Positions 42,625 to 52,352 of a stretch of DNA of 64,000 bases are shown one piece after another; within the stretch, counting starts at the first letter, position 1; every line of letters begins with the position of its first letter. Source of the stretch: Spartobacteria bacterium (GTDB taxonomy: Bacteria > Verrucomicrobiota > Kiritimatiellia > RZYC01); assembly GCA_009930475.1 (NCBI GenBank), contig RZYC01000001.1, positions 96,410-160,409 of the forward strand. Direction: 5' to 3'. Below the pieces are notes generated by a model that saw only the letters and a program-made list of their open reading frames with translations, was not told the DNA's origin and made no database searches. The translations under genes were made by a program, and so were the position numbers.

Positions 42625-42644
42625 TCATATCTCATACTTTGGCC

Positions 42645-42664
42645 ATGCGCATACGTTTGCGCAT
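42645..42664. promoter_or_regulatory. LacI-family-type operator palindrome ATGCGCATACGTTTGCGCAT, 20–40 bp upstream of the ABC ATPase start
   Basis: 18 of 20 positions are palindromic about a central CG, resembling the PurR/FruR-type boxes GCAAACGTTTGC. Half-sites ACGTTTGCAC recur at 42853 and 42959. Related sequences lie upstream of the lacI-family gene (52538..52615). Confidence 0.4.
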
Positions 42665-42993
42665 TCAGTGTTTTCAAAATGCACCGCCGTTAATTAAATG
42701 TCAATGGATTTTTTTTATTGTGTGCCCTTTTTTTATTTTTAATAAGGGATACAAAACAAAGTATATTATAAACAACTTATATAAAACACGTTAAACATAA
42801 GCAGATAATAGATGTATACAGCCGGACGCCTCGTGTTTCACGGTTTTTTTACACGTTTGCACGCTTTTTATACCTATTTTTAAATCACTTATTACTGCTT
42901 TATATGCAGTAAATAAGCGACTATTTTCAGCAATAATACGGAATAAAAGTTCGTTAATACGTTTGCACAAATGGAATAATCAGCTCAGACTAC

Positions 42994-44151
42994 CTACGGG
43001 ATGAGCCACGGAACGTCACAGGGACATAAAAATTCATATCCGTTTTCCCGCACGACCACCGTATCCTCAAAACGGGCTCCACCTATTCCCGGATAGTACA
43101 GTCCCGGTTCTATGGTAACTACATGACCGGCTTTTAACAGGATGTCTATTCGACTGATCCGCGGGAATTCATGGATATCTAATCCGACTCCGTGTCCCGT
43201 GCTGTGAATAAATCCTGTGGGCTGCCGGCCCGTCACCGTAGTGGGGTATCCGCGTATTTCAAAGGCCGCAGTGATCTGATGATGTATGAAGGTGCCGGAA
43301 GCACCGGAGGCCACCCATTCCAGTGCCATCTGCTGCACTTCTCTGACTGTTTCAACAAGATGCCGCAGTGACTCTTCTGCGTTCCCCTTTATAAAGGTGC
43401 GGGTAATATCTCCCCAATAGCCATGCAGCCGATGACGCGGAAAAATATCGACAACAATGGGGCTGCCAGCCACTAAAGGACCGGTTCCCGGTTGATGCGG
43501 GTCAGCCGCATCATCTCCGCAGGCAACGATATTTCCGTCAGGTGCGGTACAATCGTATTGTAATAACAGCCGATCTATCTCCAAACGAATCCGCTCGCTG
43601 GTTAACATTTCGCCGCCTAAAACCAGCTGACGATCACCATTTATACTACTGTCCGCCAGCATGCCGGCAACCAGCTCTGTTGCTCTCGCCGCAGCCCGCT
43701 GCGATGATTTTAGATGGCTGATCTCTTCTTCCGTTTTTATCTGACGCTGCGGATACAGCAAAGTCGATGCAATACTGTCAACGGTAATACCTGATTCCTG
43801 CAACTGCATACCCAGTGCATAGGGAAAGGTTCGCTGAACCACCACATGATCTACCTTTGTCCATACAAGCAGCGCCTTGACCAGCGTTGCCGTGTCAGCT
43901 CCGGTTGTTCCGTCGATGCCTATGTCATCATAACTCAAGACAACAGCACGCCCCTCAAAGACCTTGCGGCCGCGTCCTATTTCAAGCGATGATAAAAGCA
44001 CGAAAATTTCTCCTGCCTTGTCCAGCAGGATAAATGTATCCGGTGCTAAAAATCGGCTCACATAACGTAAATCACTGTTTTCCCCCGAAACACCTACCAA
44101 TAACCGCGCTATTTGTTTCTCTTCTATCTCTTCATTATCATATATATACAT
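42994..44151 (-). CDS. M24-family Xaa-Pro aminopeptidase / creatinase-like peptidase
   Basis: HGVGLDIHEFP and other pita-bread metal ligands. Confidence 0.8.
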   Translation of the reverse strand: MYIYDNEEIEEKQIARLLVGVSGENSDLRYVSRFLAPDTFILLDKAGEIFVLLSSLEIGRGRKVFEGRAVVLSYDDIGIDGTTGADTATLVKALLVWTKVDHVVVQRTFPYALGMQLQESGITVDSIASTLLYPQRQIKTEEEISHLKSSQRAAARATELVAGMLADSSINGDRQLVLGGEMLTSERIRLEIDRLLLQYDCTAPDGNIVACGDDAADPHQPGTGPLVAGSPIVVDIFPRHRLHGYWGDITRTFIKGNAEESLRHLVETVREVQQMALEWVASGASGTFIHHQITAAFEIRGYPTTVTGRQPTGFIHSTGHGVGLDIHEFPRISRIDILLKAGHVVTIEPGLYYPGIGGARFEDTVVVRENGYEFLCPCDVPWLIP

Positions 44152-44468
44152 TTTTTAACCAACCTTTACTTGAGGCGATACCACAAACCTCATGCCTTTG
44201 CCGGAAACGAAGCCAAAGCGCAAAGATGGATTATAAATTGTCGCTCCAAAATGACAACATACAAGCTGTTGTATCTTTTGTTTTTTACAATCATTTTCCT
44301 TGTTGACCCTACCCCGTTGAATTAAGTTCTTCCGTGCAATGGGCGATAAAATAAAGGCTGTTCACCTTGTTAATAAGTATGTTGATAACATGTTAGTTTT
44401 GTTAACAACAATCTTTATAATTGACTGTTTTGCCCACCGTGTTTTGTGTTTGAGCGACGTTTGGCGGT

Positions 44469-45857
44469 TTGTATACAATGACTATAAATAGTTCTACTTC
44501 AGATATCTGGGAAAAGACTTGTGAATACTTGTCTGGCGTATTATCAAAAGATGTATACGACCGTTGGATTGCACTCATCGATGTGCGCAACATTGAAGGC
44601 GATACCATCTATTTAACGGTACCCAATGATTTTTACATGCAATGGCTGCTTGATAATTATTCATCGCTCATTCGCAGTGCGATTGCCACCGTTTGCGGCG
44701 AACAATACCAAATTCATCTGGCCGTGGATTCCAAAGAACGGGATATTCCGCTGGAAGAAGAAAAATTGGTAGAGGAATTACAAAAACAGGCGCTTTTATC
44801 GAAAAAGAACACAAAAATTTCGAAAATTTCGAAGAAAAACCTTCCGCTTAACCCTAAATATACATTTGACACCTTTGTCGTCGGACCATCGAATAATTTC
44901 TCCCATGCCGCCGCTCTGGCTGTTGCTCAGGCACCTGCGAAAGCCTATAATCCGCTCTTTATCTATGGTGGTACCGGTCTCGGAAAAACCCATTTGATGC
45001 AGGCTATTGGACATTTTGCCTTTGATAAAAATGACAAAACACAGATTAGCTACGTCACCAGTGAAATTTTTGTGAATGACTATATCGCGAATCTGCAGAA
45101 GGGCACTCTGATCGACTTTCGTAACCGCTATAGAAATATGGATATCCTGCTGATTGATGATATTCAGTTCCTCGCCGGCAAAGAACGGATGCAGGAAGAG
45201 TTCTTCCATACCTTTAATGCCCTCTTTGACGCACGTAAACAGATTGTGCTGACCAGTGACCGGCCGGCCAGTGAAATTCAGGGACTGGAACAACGGCTGG
45301 TATCTCGTTTTGAATGGGGACTGACCACTGATTTAGAAATGCCCGATGTGGAAACCTGCGTGGCTATTTTGCGGCGAAAACAGGAACTGCTGAATGTTTC
45401 CCTGCCTGATAAGTTGATTTTCTATATGGCCGAACGAATCAGAACCAATGTTCGGCGACTGGAAGGGGCGCTGATCCGCGCGGTTTCCTACCGCTCACTT
45501 ACCGGATCTGAACTGACCATCGAACGCCTTGAATACCTCCTGCGGGATACCCTGGAACAGGAATCGGATACAGAAATTACGGTCGAACGTATTCAGGAAG
45601 TGGTCGCCAAACATTATTCCCTGACTGCTGAAGATTTACAGCGAAAAAGTCGCATGCGTGATGTGGCCTTTCCCAGGCAGATTGCTATGTATTTATGCCG
45701 TACCCTTACCGATTTATCCACCACAACCATTGGTAAGGCCTTTGGCCGCGACCACGCTACAGTGCTCTATGCCTGCCGCAAAGTAAATGAATACCTGGCC
45801 GAGAAAAAGGAAGTACGAGACGCCATTTATTCATTGAATGAACAATTGAAGTCATGA
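44469..45857 (+). CDS. dnaA: Chromosomal replication initiator protein DnaA
   Basis: AAA+ Walker A GGTGLGKTHL, sensor motifs and a C-terminal DNA-binding domain. 462 aa. Confidence 0.9.
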   Translation: MYTMTINSSTSDIWEKTCEYLSGVLSKDVYDRWIALIDVRNIEGDTIYLTVPNDFYMQWLLDNYSSLIRSAIATVCGEQYQIHLAVDSKERDIPLEEEKLVEELQKQALLSKKNTKISKISKKNLPLNPKYTFDTFVVGPSNNFSHAAALAVAQAPAKAYNPLFIYGGTGLGKTHLMQAIGHFAFDKNDKTQISYVTSEIFVNDYIANLQKGTLIDFRNRYRNMDILLIDDIQFLAGKERMQEEFFHTFNALFDARKQIVLTSDRPASEIQGLEQRLVSRFEWGLTTDLEMPDVETCVAILRRKQELLNVSLPDKLIFYMAERIRTNVRRLEGALIRAVSYRSLTGSELTIERLEYLLRDTLEQESDTEITVERIQEVVAKHYSLTAEDLQRKSRMRDVAFPRQIAMYLCRTLTDLSTTTIGKAFGRDHATVLYACRKVNEYLAEKKEVRDAIYSLNEQLKS

Positions 45858-45880
45858 TGGGTCTTTTTTATCTATCTACC

Positions 45881-45908
45881 AGGCCGGGCTGCTGTCCGGC
45901 TTTTTTTC
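45881..45908 (+). terminator. Rho-independent terminator after dnaA
   Basis: GCCGGGCTGCTGTCCGGC hairpin followed by TTTTTTT. Confidence 0.5.
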
Positions 45909-46180
45909 TGTTCCATGAGCCTGTTAAAAACATGTTCATAGCCTATGAACTGCTTGTCAATAAACAGAGACTTACTGACAGGAAGTCAAAACATGTGCAT
46001 AAGCATACACTTATTAACGACTCATACGACAGCCTGTTAACAGATGATTCAATCATAAATCGTTATATATCAATCATTTCATTGTGTTTTAAACATTTAA
46101 ACAACTTATATGAATACGAATCTTTAAATACTTAATTAATTAGTTATACTTCTTATCCTTGTTAAAAGATTGGAGGCAGC
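45909..46180. other. AT-rich dnaA-dnaN intergenic region (candidate oriC / DNA unwinding element)
   Basis: Strongly AT-rich (tttaaacatttaaacaacttatatgaatacgaatctttaaatacttaattaattag). It has only degenerate DnaA-box-like sequences (TTATCCTTG). A gene-strand switch occurs here. Confidence 0.35.
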
Positions 46181-47281
46181 ATGCATATCAAAATCGATCG
46201 ATCAGACATTATTAGCAGCGTTCAGAAAGTACAGAGCGTCGTCAGTACCAAAGGGTCATTGCCATCACTGTCAAATATCCTTTTTTCTGCAGAGGACTCG
46301 CGTTTAACTCTTTTTGCCACGGATCTGGATATCAGTATCCGAACGGTTATTAATGCGTCTATTGCCGGTTCCGGCAGCATTACTCTTCCCGGAAAACGTA
46401 TTGCTAATATTCTTAAAGAAATGCCCCACCATGAGATCGAAATGAAAACCGATGATTTAGTGGTTTCTGTGCAAAGCGGATCGGCATTTTTTAAGATTAT
46501 CGGTATGTCCAGTGAGGATTTTCCACCTATCCCTGAATTTGAAGGTAGCTGTTCCTATACGTTAAAACAGGGCGTGCTCAAAGAAATGATCAATAAGACG
46601 GCCTATGCAACAACGGTATTGAGTGATTCACGCGCGGCTTTGAGCGGGTTGCTGCTTCAGTTCAAAGACGAAAAAGTCACAATGGTTGGCACGGACGGAC
46701 GCCGTCTGGCACTGGTGGAGCAGGAAGTTGAATTCCCTAAGGATTTTGAAGAAATGTATATTCTTCCGCAAAAACTGGTGACGTTGTTGACCGCGACGCT
46801 GGGCGACGGAGAGGATCCCGTGTTGATTAAAGCGACTAAAAACCAGATCTCTTTTGAATTTGCTGACCATTTTATTATTTCTAAACTCATTGTGGATACC
46901 TTCCCGAATTATCGTCAGGTTATTCCTGCTCAGTCTGAACACCGCGTAGTGATTGAACGGGAACTTTTTATTAATGCCGTTCACCGTGTTGCACTCATGG
47001 CCGATGAAGATCCGGGGCGTGTGCGTATGACTTTTGAGGATAACCATTTGGAAATCACGACTCGGGCGGCTCAGATCGGTGAAGCCAGAGAAGTCATTCC
47101 TGTGCGATACGAAAATGAAAGCATATCTGTGGCCTTTAATCCGGGGTTCCTTATCGAACCGCTGCGTAAATTAACCTCCGATGAAATCTTTTTTGAGTTC
47201 ACTAATCAGTTCAGTGCCGGTGTGTTTAAATGTGATATTCCGTTCCTGTACGTCATTATGCCGGTGCGATTGTCTAACTAA
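46181..47281 (+). CDS. dnaN: DNA polymerase III beta subunit (sliding clamp)
   Basis: Three-domain beta clamp of 366 aa. Immediately downstream of dnaA. Confidence 0.9.
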   Translation: MHIKIDRSDIISSVQKVQSVVSTKGSLPSLSNILFSAEDSRLTLFATDLDISIRTVINASIAGSGSITLPGKRIANILKEMPHHEIEMKTDDLVVSVQSGSAFFKIIGMSSEDFPPIPEFEGSCSYTLKQGVLKEMINKTAYATTVLSDSRAALSGLLLQFKDEKVTMVGTDGRRLALVEQEVEFPKDFEEMYILPQKLVTLLTATLGDGEDPVLIKATKNQISFEFADHFIISKLIVDTFPNYRQVIPAQSEHRVVIERELFINAVHRVALMADEDPGRVRMTFEDNHLEITTRAAQIGEAREVIPVRYENESISVAFNPGFLIEPLRKLTSDEIFFEFTNQFSAGVFKCDIPFLYVIMPVRLSN

Positions 47282-47292
47282 GCCGATCTGTT

Positions 47293-48411
47293 ATGAATGC
47301 ATGGGATACTTATAAGAATCTGGATGTGGTACTAGCCCACGATTGGCTGACCGGTATGCGCGGTGGAGAGAAGTGTCTGGAACTTCTCTGTAATGCCTTG
47401 GAGCAGCCGCGACTCTATACGCTCATTCATCAGCCCGATACGGTGTCAGCTGATATTAATCGGAGGGTGGCCGGTGCGTCGTTTCTGAATCATATTCCCG
47501 GCATCGCAAAACGGTATCGATATTTTCTGCCTGTGTTTCCCCGGGCCATTGAATCCTTTCATCCGGGGAACGCGGATCTGGTGATTAGCACCAGCCATTG
47601 TGTGGCGAAAGGGATTCGCACAGAAAATGCGGCTCCCCATATTTGCTATTGTTTTACTCCGATGCGCTACGCATGGGTATTTTACAGTGAATATTTTGGA
47701 AACAGTCCTCTAAAAAAATTGATGCTGCGTCCAACCCTTGCATGGCTGCGTCACTGGGATTTTCGTGCCAGTCGCCGGGTCACTCAGTTCGTAGCGATCA
47801 GTGAACACGTCCAGAAACGCATTGAGCGCTTTTACAACCGTGAAGCATGTATCGTTTACCCTCCGGTGGATACAAAGCGGCTTGGTCCCTCTTTAAACGA
47901 TGCCCACGACGGTTTTGATTTGATTGTCTCCGCGCTCGTTCCCTATAAGCGCGTTGACTTGGCTGTCGAAGCATACCGACGACTCGATTATCCCCTGAAA
48001 ATTGTGGGACGCGGTACCGATCTAAATAAGCTCAAAGCCATGGCCGGTCCGCGTACAGAATTTCTTGAATGGCAGCCTGACCATATCGTCGACGATTTGT
48101 ATCAGCGTTGCCGCTGCTTGGTATTTCCTGGAGAAGAAGACTTCGGCATTGTTCCCGTGGAAGCCCAGGCCTGTGGCCGGCCTGTGGTGGCCTATAAACT
48201 GGGCGGAGCTATGGAAACGGTGGTAGCCGGCCGAACCGGTATCTTTTTTGATCGCCAAAATCCTGACGCATTGATCGATGCAGTACGCCGATGCGGGGCC
48301 ATGAACTGGGATAAAAAAGTAATTCGTGCCAATGCAGAACGCTTTAGTACCGAGAATTATATGAATGGACTGGCATCTGTCATTGATCAGGTTCTCGCAC
48401 ATAAAAAATAA
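47293..48411 (+). CDS. Family 1 (GT4-type) glycosyltransferase
   Basis: C-terminal GT-B motif EDFGIVPVEAQACGRPVVA. Confidence 0.7.
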   Translation: MNAWDTYKNLDVVLAHDWLTGMRGGEKCLELLCNALEQPRLYTLIHQPDTVSADINRRVAGASFLNHIPGIAKRYRYFLPVFPRAIESFHPGNADLVISTSHCVAKGIRTENAAPHICYCFTPMRYAWVFYSEYFGNSPLKKLMLRPTLAWLRHWDFRASRRVTQFVAISEHVQKRIERFYNREACIVYPPVDTKRLGPSLNDAHDGFDLIVSALVPYKRVDLAVEAYRRLDYPLKIVGRGTDLNKLKAMAGPRTEFLEWQPDHIVDDLYQRCRCLVFPGEEDFGIVPVEAQACGRPVVAYKLGGAMETVVAGRTGIFFDRQNPDALIDAVRRCGAMNWDKKVIRANAERFSTENYMNGLASVIDQVLAHKK

Positions 48412-48440
48412 CTCAACATCATCACCTCCTCGTCATGACT

Positions 48441-48477
48441 AGTCAAGCAATAGATTATAGTAAGTCTGATTAATTAT
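48441..48477 (-). promoter_or_regulatory. Promoter-like module P2, leftward-pointing (antisense to the GT4 gene end)
   Basis: The reverse complement reads ataattaatcagacttactataatctattgcttgact. Confidence 0.3.
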
Positions 48478-48563
48478 ATTAATATCGTTTTGATTCCGCA
48501 CTTGCCAAGGTCACTTGACTCTGCGTATTTTGTCTGTACAGAAAAACACATCAGTAGAATGGG

Positions 48564-50165
48564 GTGACCATGGCAAAACGAGAAGAATGGGGTTCGCGAT
48601 TTGGATTTATATTGGCTGCTGTCGGATCTGCCGTCGGACTAGGCAATGTATGGCGGTTTCCTTATCAGGCATATGATAATGGTGGCGGTGCTTTTTTGGT
48701 ACCTTATTTTATTGCCCTGCTGACGGCGGGTATTCCCTTGTTGATCTTGGAATTTGGACTGGGACATAAATATAAGGGGTGTCCTCCAGCGATCTTCCGG
48801 CGGCTTACGGCACACATTCCCCACACTGAGAAATGGGAGTGGCTGGGCTGGTTTCAAACACTGATTTGTTTTTGTATTACGCTGTATTATGCGGTGATAC
48901 TGGGGTGGACGCTGAGTTATATCTATTTTTCCTTTAATCAGAGTTGGGGTAGTGATCCCAAGAGTTTCTTTTTTTCTCAGTATCTGGTGATGCCTGAGAG
49001 CGGAAATCCTTTGGACATAGAGTTTGTTAATATGCAGGTATTCGTTCCCCTTGTTCTTTTGTGGGGCGGTGCTTGGTTCATTATGGTACGCGGTGTCCAG
49101 AGAGGGCTGGAACTGGCATCAAAAATATTTATGCCGCTATTAACACTGCTATTGCTGGTGATAACGATTCGCTGTGTGTTTTTAGATGGGGCGCTGCAAG
49201 GAGTGGATTGGTTGTTTAAACCCGATTTCTCTCGTTTGCGGGAACCGCGTATCTGGACTGCTGCGTATGGTCAGATTTTCTATTCTCTCAGTATTGGTTT
49301 TGGTATCATGCTAACGTATTCCAGTTATTTGCCTAAAAAATCGGATTTGGTAAACAATGCTTTTATCACCGGGTTACTCAACAGTGGGTTTAGTTTGGTG
49401 TCCGGTATTCTCATTTTTTCCATTCTTGGCAATATGGCGCTGCAGGAGGGGGTTCCGGTGCCTGAAGTTGTATCCAGCGGAATCGGTCTGGCCTTTATTA
49501 CTATTCCGCAGGCACTGAGTCTACATCTCCCTTGGCCAGGTATTTTGGGACCAGTGTTTTTTGCCTGTCTATTTTTAGCTGGGTTTCTTTCGCTGTTATC
49601 TTTGGTAGAGCCTGTGCTTTCGTCGGTAATTGAAAAGATGCATTGGACGCGTCGCAAAACGACGCATATCATGATGCCTGTTTTTATGCTGGGCAGTTTA
49701 CTGTTTGCGACCAATGCCGGCTTGTTAGTGCTGGATATATTCGATCATTTTCTCAATAACATAGGCCTGTTGGCTTCCATGTTTTTTGAATTATTGATCA
49801 TGTGCTGGTTCTTCAAAACCGATTGGATTAGGGATTCTGTAAACCCCATTTCAGAAATGCGAGTGGGCCTGTGGTGGGCCATTAGTTTGAAATATATAAC
49901 TTTCATTCTGCTCTTTTCCATGTTGCTGAACAATATTGTGGTGGATTTGGGATTAGGAATGGAAACCGTTTTGCAACGATTGCAATCAGGTGCCGGATTT
50001 GAAGAACTTACCGTGCTGGATCTTCGTAGTACCTATGGTGGTTACAGTACCACAGCTTTATTCATTTTGGGATGGGTCCCTCTTATGGCAATTGGTTTAG
50101 CCGCGTTTTTGCTACAACATTTGCGACGTGATGAGTTATTTAAAATCCATGAAGACACCAAATAA
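48564..50165 (+). CDS. Sodium-dependent transporter, SNF (neurotransmitter:sodium symporter) family
   Basis: N-terminal W..[18 protein letters not shown] motif. Polytopic, 533 aa. Confidence 0.85.
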   Translation: [533 protein letters not shown]

Positions 50166-50174
50166 GGAGCAGTA

Positions 50175-50282
50175 ATGAGTTATCCAGCCCTGATTATTAT
50201 GATTGCCGGACTGCTCCTTACGTGGGGAGGCGCACTGGTTTGTCTGCTGATTGCACTGCGAAAAAACGGGGATACCAAGTGA
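50175..50282 (+). CDS. Small hydrophobic protein (35 aa), a possible SNF-transporter partner subunit
   Basis: AAGGAG at 50164, then ATG. Translation MSYPALIIMIAGLLLTWGGALVCLLIALRKNGDTK is a single TM helix. Not in the ORF track because it is shorter than 60 aa. Confidence 0.4.
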   Translation: MSYPALIIMIAGLLLTWGGALVCLLIALRKNGDTK

Positions 50283-50905
50283 AGGAGCTGGCTGCTCTTT
50301 TTAAGAATAATAAACAGTGGGCCGCCGATATTACTGCGGCGCAACCCTGCTTTTTTAAAACATTAGCGGCACAGCAGTCACCGGAGTATTTATGGATCGG
50401 CTGTTCCGACAGTCGTGTTCCGGCCAATGAGATTGTTGGATTACCGGCCGGTGAATTGTTTGTTCACCGGAATGTCGCGAATTTAGTTATTCACACGGAC
50501 ATGAATTGTCTGTCGGTTTTGCAGTATGCTGTGGATATACTCAAAATAAAACATGTGATCGTCTGCGGTCACTACGGATGCGGCGGTGTCAAAGCTGCCA
50601 TGGATGACCATCCGCATGGTTTGGTGGATAACTGGCTGCGACATGTGCAGGATATCTATCAGCGCAATCACCAGGAGCTGGATGGGATAACCGACAAAGA
50701 GGAGCGGATACATCGTCTTTGCGAATTAAACGTCGTCGAACAGGTCGTCAATGTGGGAAATACCACTATCATAAAAGATGCGTGGGCTCGTGGACAAAAG
50801 ATTGCTCTGCATGGATGGATCTATGATTTATCCGACGGATTGCTTAATGATCTGGACGTAACGACTACATCACTTCAAGAATTGATCGTGCTGCAACGCC
50901 GCTAG
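50281..50905 (+). CDS. can: Beta-class carbonic anhydrase (Can-like)
   Basis: WIGCSDSRVPANE...GELFVHRNVANLVIHTDMNCLSV...CGHYGCGGV is very close to enterobacterial Can. A probable GTG start at 50281 (VKELAALFKNNKQW); the ORF-track ATG at 50222 would overlap the small ORF. Confidence 0.8.
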
Positions 50906-50963
50906 TATATCATTATGTACACGATTCGGGATTTGGGAAAGGGCACCTGGTCGTTATTGGAAT

Positions 50964-52352
50964 TTACCGGGGTGTATAGCAATCAACGTATTGTTGAATC
51001 TGTTTAAATTTGCGCTTGAGTCCATTGGCGTTCATGTAGCGAACGGTTCCGAATACGGGGCGTTGTGTCCATGGGCGGTCATGGGTTCCAAAACACCAGC
51101 TGATACCTGCCCAGCTGTTGGGGTCGCGTCCATCCAGTGCATAGGTATTATTTAGATAGACGGCGGTCTGAAAGGCTTCTTCCGGTGAGGCGGACCACTC
51201 GATGAGTTTCTTACCCCAGTACATGCGCATGTAATTATGAATAATGCCTTCTTGTCGCAATTGATTCTGGGCGGCATTCCAATAGGGATCATGGGTTGCG
51301 AACTGTTCCCATTCGTCGCGCGAATACAGGTAATCGCGCGGATCATGGCGATGTGTATCCAGTGTTGCCTGAGCCCATGAAGGAATCCCGTGATATTCGT
51401 GGCTGGCGGGATTGAACAGGGCCTGATTAAAGGCCAGCTCTCTTCTCACAATGAGTTCTTCCAAATATGCCTCTTTATTGGTGCTGTCTGCGGTTGCCTG
51501 TTGTATGTGCAGGGCTATGGTTAAGGGTGATATCTGGCCAAAATGTAGATAGCAACTCAGTTCCGAGGACATGTGCCGGGCGGGATCACTGCTCTGGTCT
51601 GCATAATGGGGAAGACGATGGATTTCAAATTCTTTTAGCCGCCTCATCGCTTCCTTCTGTCCGCCGCGAAACACGGAACTGACAGGAATTTCATCCGTTA
51701 TGTCCATGGTCTGAAGTAACGCGTTGATATCCAGTTTGACTGCTGGTTGATTGGTAGTTTCGATGGGTACATGACAAGGCATGGGCACCAGATAATCGGG
51801 GAGTAATCGTGTAATCTTCGGTCGCAGGGTACGAGCGGCATATTCGCATTTTTCTGACGCCGTATGAACGGGAATGACAGCATCGGTTTCCACCTGCAGC
51901 AGCGGGCAGGGGAGGATTTTTGCCACATCGCTGCGCCATTGTCGCTGAATCGTGTTGTAGCCGCAATCGGTGACGAGCAATGCACATGAAACGGCTTCCT
52001 CCGCCAGCACATCGACAGGGGGACCTATCTTGCACAAAAAAGGGATGTGTCGTTTATGCAAGGCGTCGGCTGCATCCTGCAATCCTTCCAGCATAAAATG
52101 GTAATGCCGCCTGCGCGCTTCTGGATAGGGAGTGAGTACAAAAACAACTGATAGCGGTAATTTCATAGCGGCTGATAAATAACAGGCCAGTTCCAGCGCA
52201 TGATTATCGATCGTTCGTTGTGCCTGCTGCATCCAGTAGATCATGCGTTTTCCTTCGGGCAGCGGCGCGTGATCATTAAAAAAAGAAATCCGTTCAGCTT
52301 GAATGCCTGAAGTTAGGCAGCGTGCCTGTATTGTATCAACCAATGCGGCCAT
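50964..52352 (-). CDS. Class II CPD photolyase (deoxyribodipyrimidine photo-lyase type II)
   Basis: MIYWMQQAQRTIDNHAL, RHYHFMLEGLQ and EKCEYAARTLRPKITRLLPDYL, matching class II photolyase signature regions as I recall them. Confidence 0.7.
   Translation of the reverse strand: MAALVDTIQARCLTSGIQAERISFFNDHAPLPEGKRMIYWMQQAQRTIDNHALELACYLSAAMKLPLSVVFVLTPYPEARRRHYHFMLEGLQDAADALHKRHIPFLCKIGPPVDVLAEEAVSCALLVTDCGYNTIQRQWRSDVAKILPCPLLQVETDAVIPVHTASEKCEYAARTLRPKITRLLPDYLVPMPCHVPIETTNQPAVKLDINALLQTMDITDEIPVSSVFRGGQKEAMRRLKEFEIHRLPHYADQSSDPARHMSSELSCYLHFGQISPLTIALHIQQATADSTNKEAYLEELIVRRELAFNQALFNPASHEYHGIPSWAQATLDTHRHDPRDYLYSRDEWEQFATHDPYWNAAQNQLRQEGIIHNYMRMYWGKKLIEWSASPEEAFQTAVYLNNTYALDGRDPNSWAGISWCFGTHDRPWTQRPVFGTVRYMNANGLKRKFKQIQQYVDCYTPR

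Noticed and set aside
42853-42968. Sigma-54 promoter reading of the TTTGCAC repeats
   Set aside because: No GG dinucleotide lies 12 bp upstream of the GC/TTGCA element. The repeats are better explained as LacI-operator half-sites.
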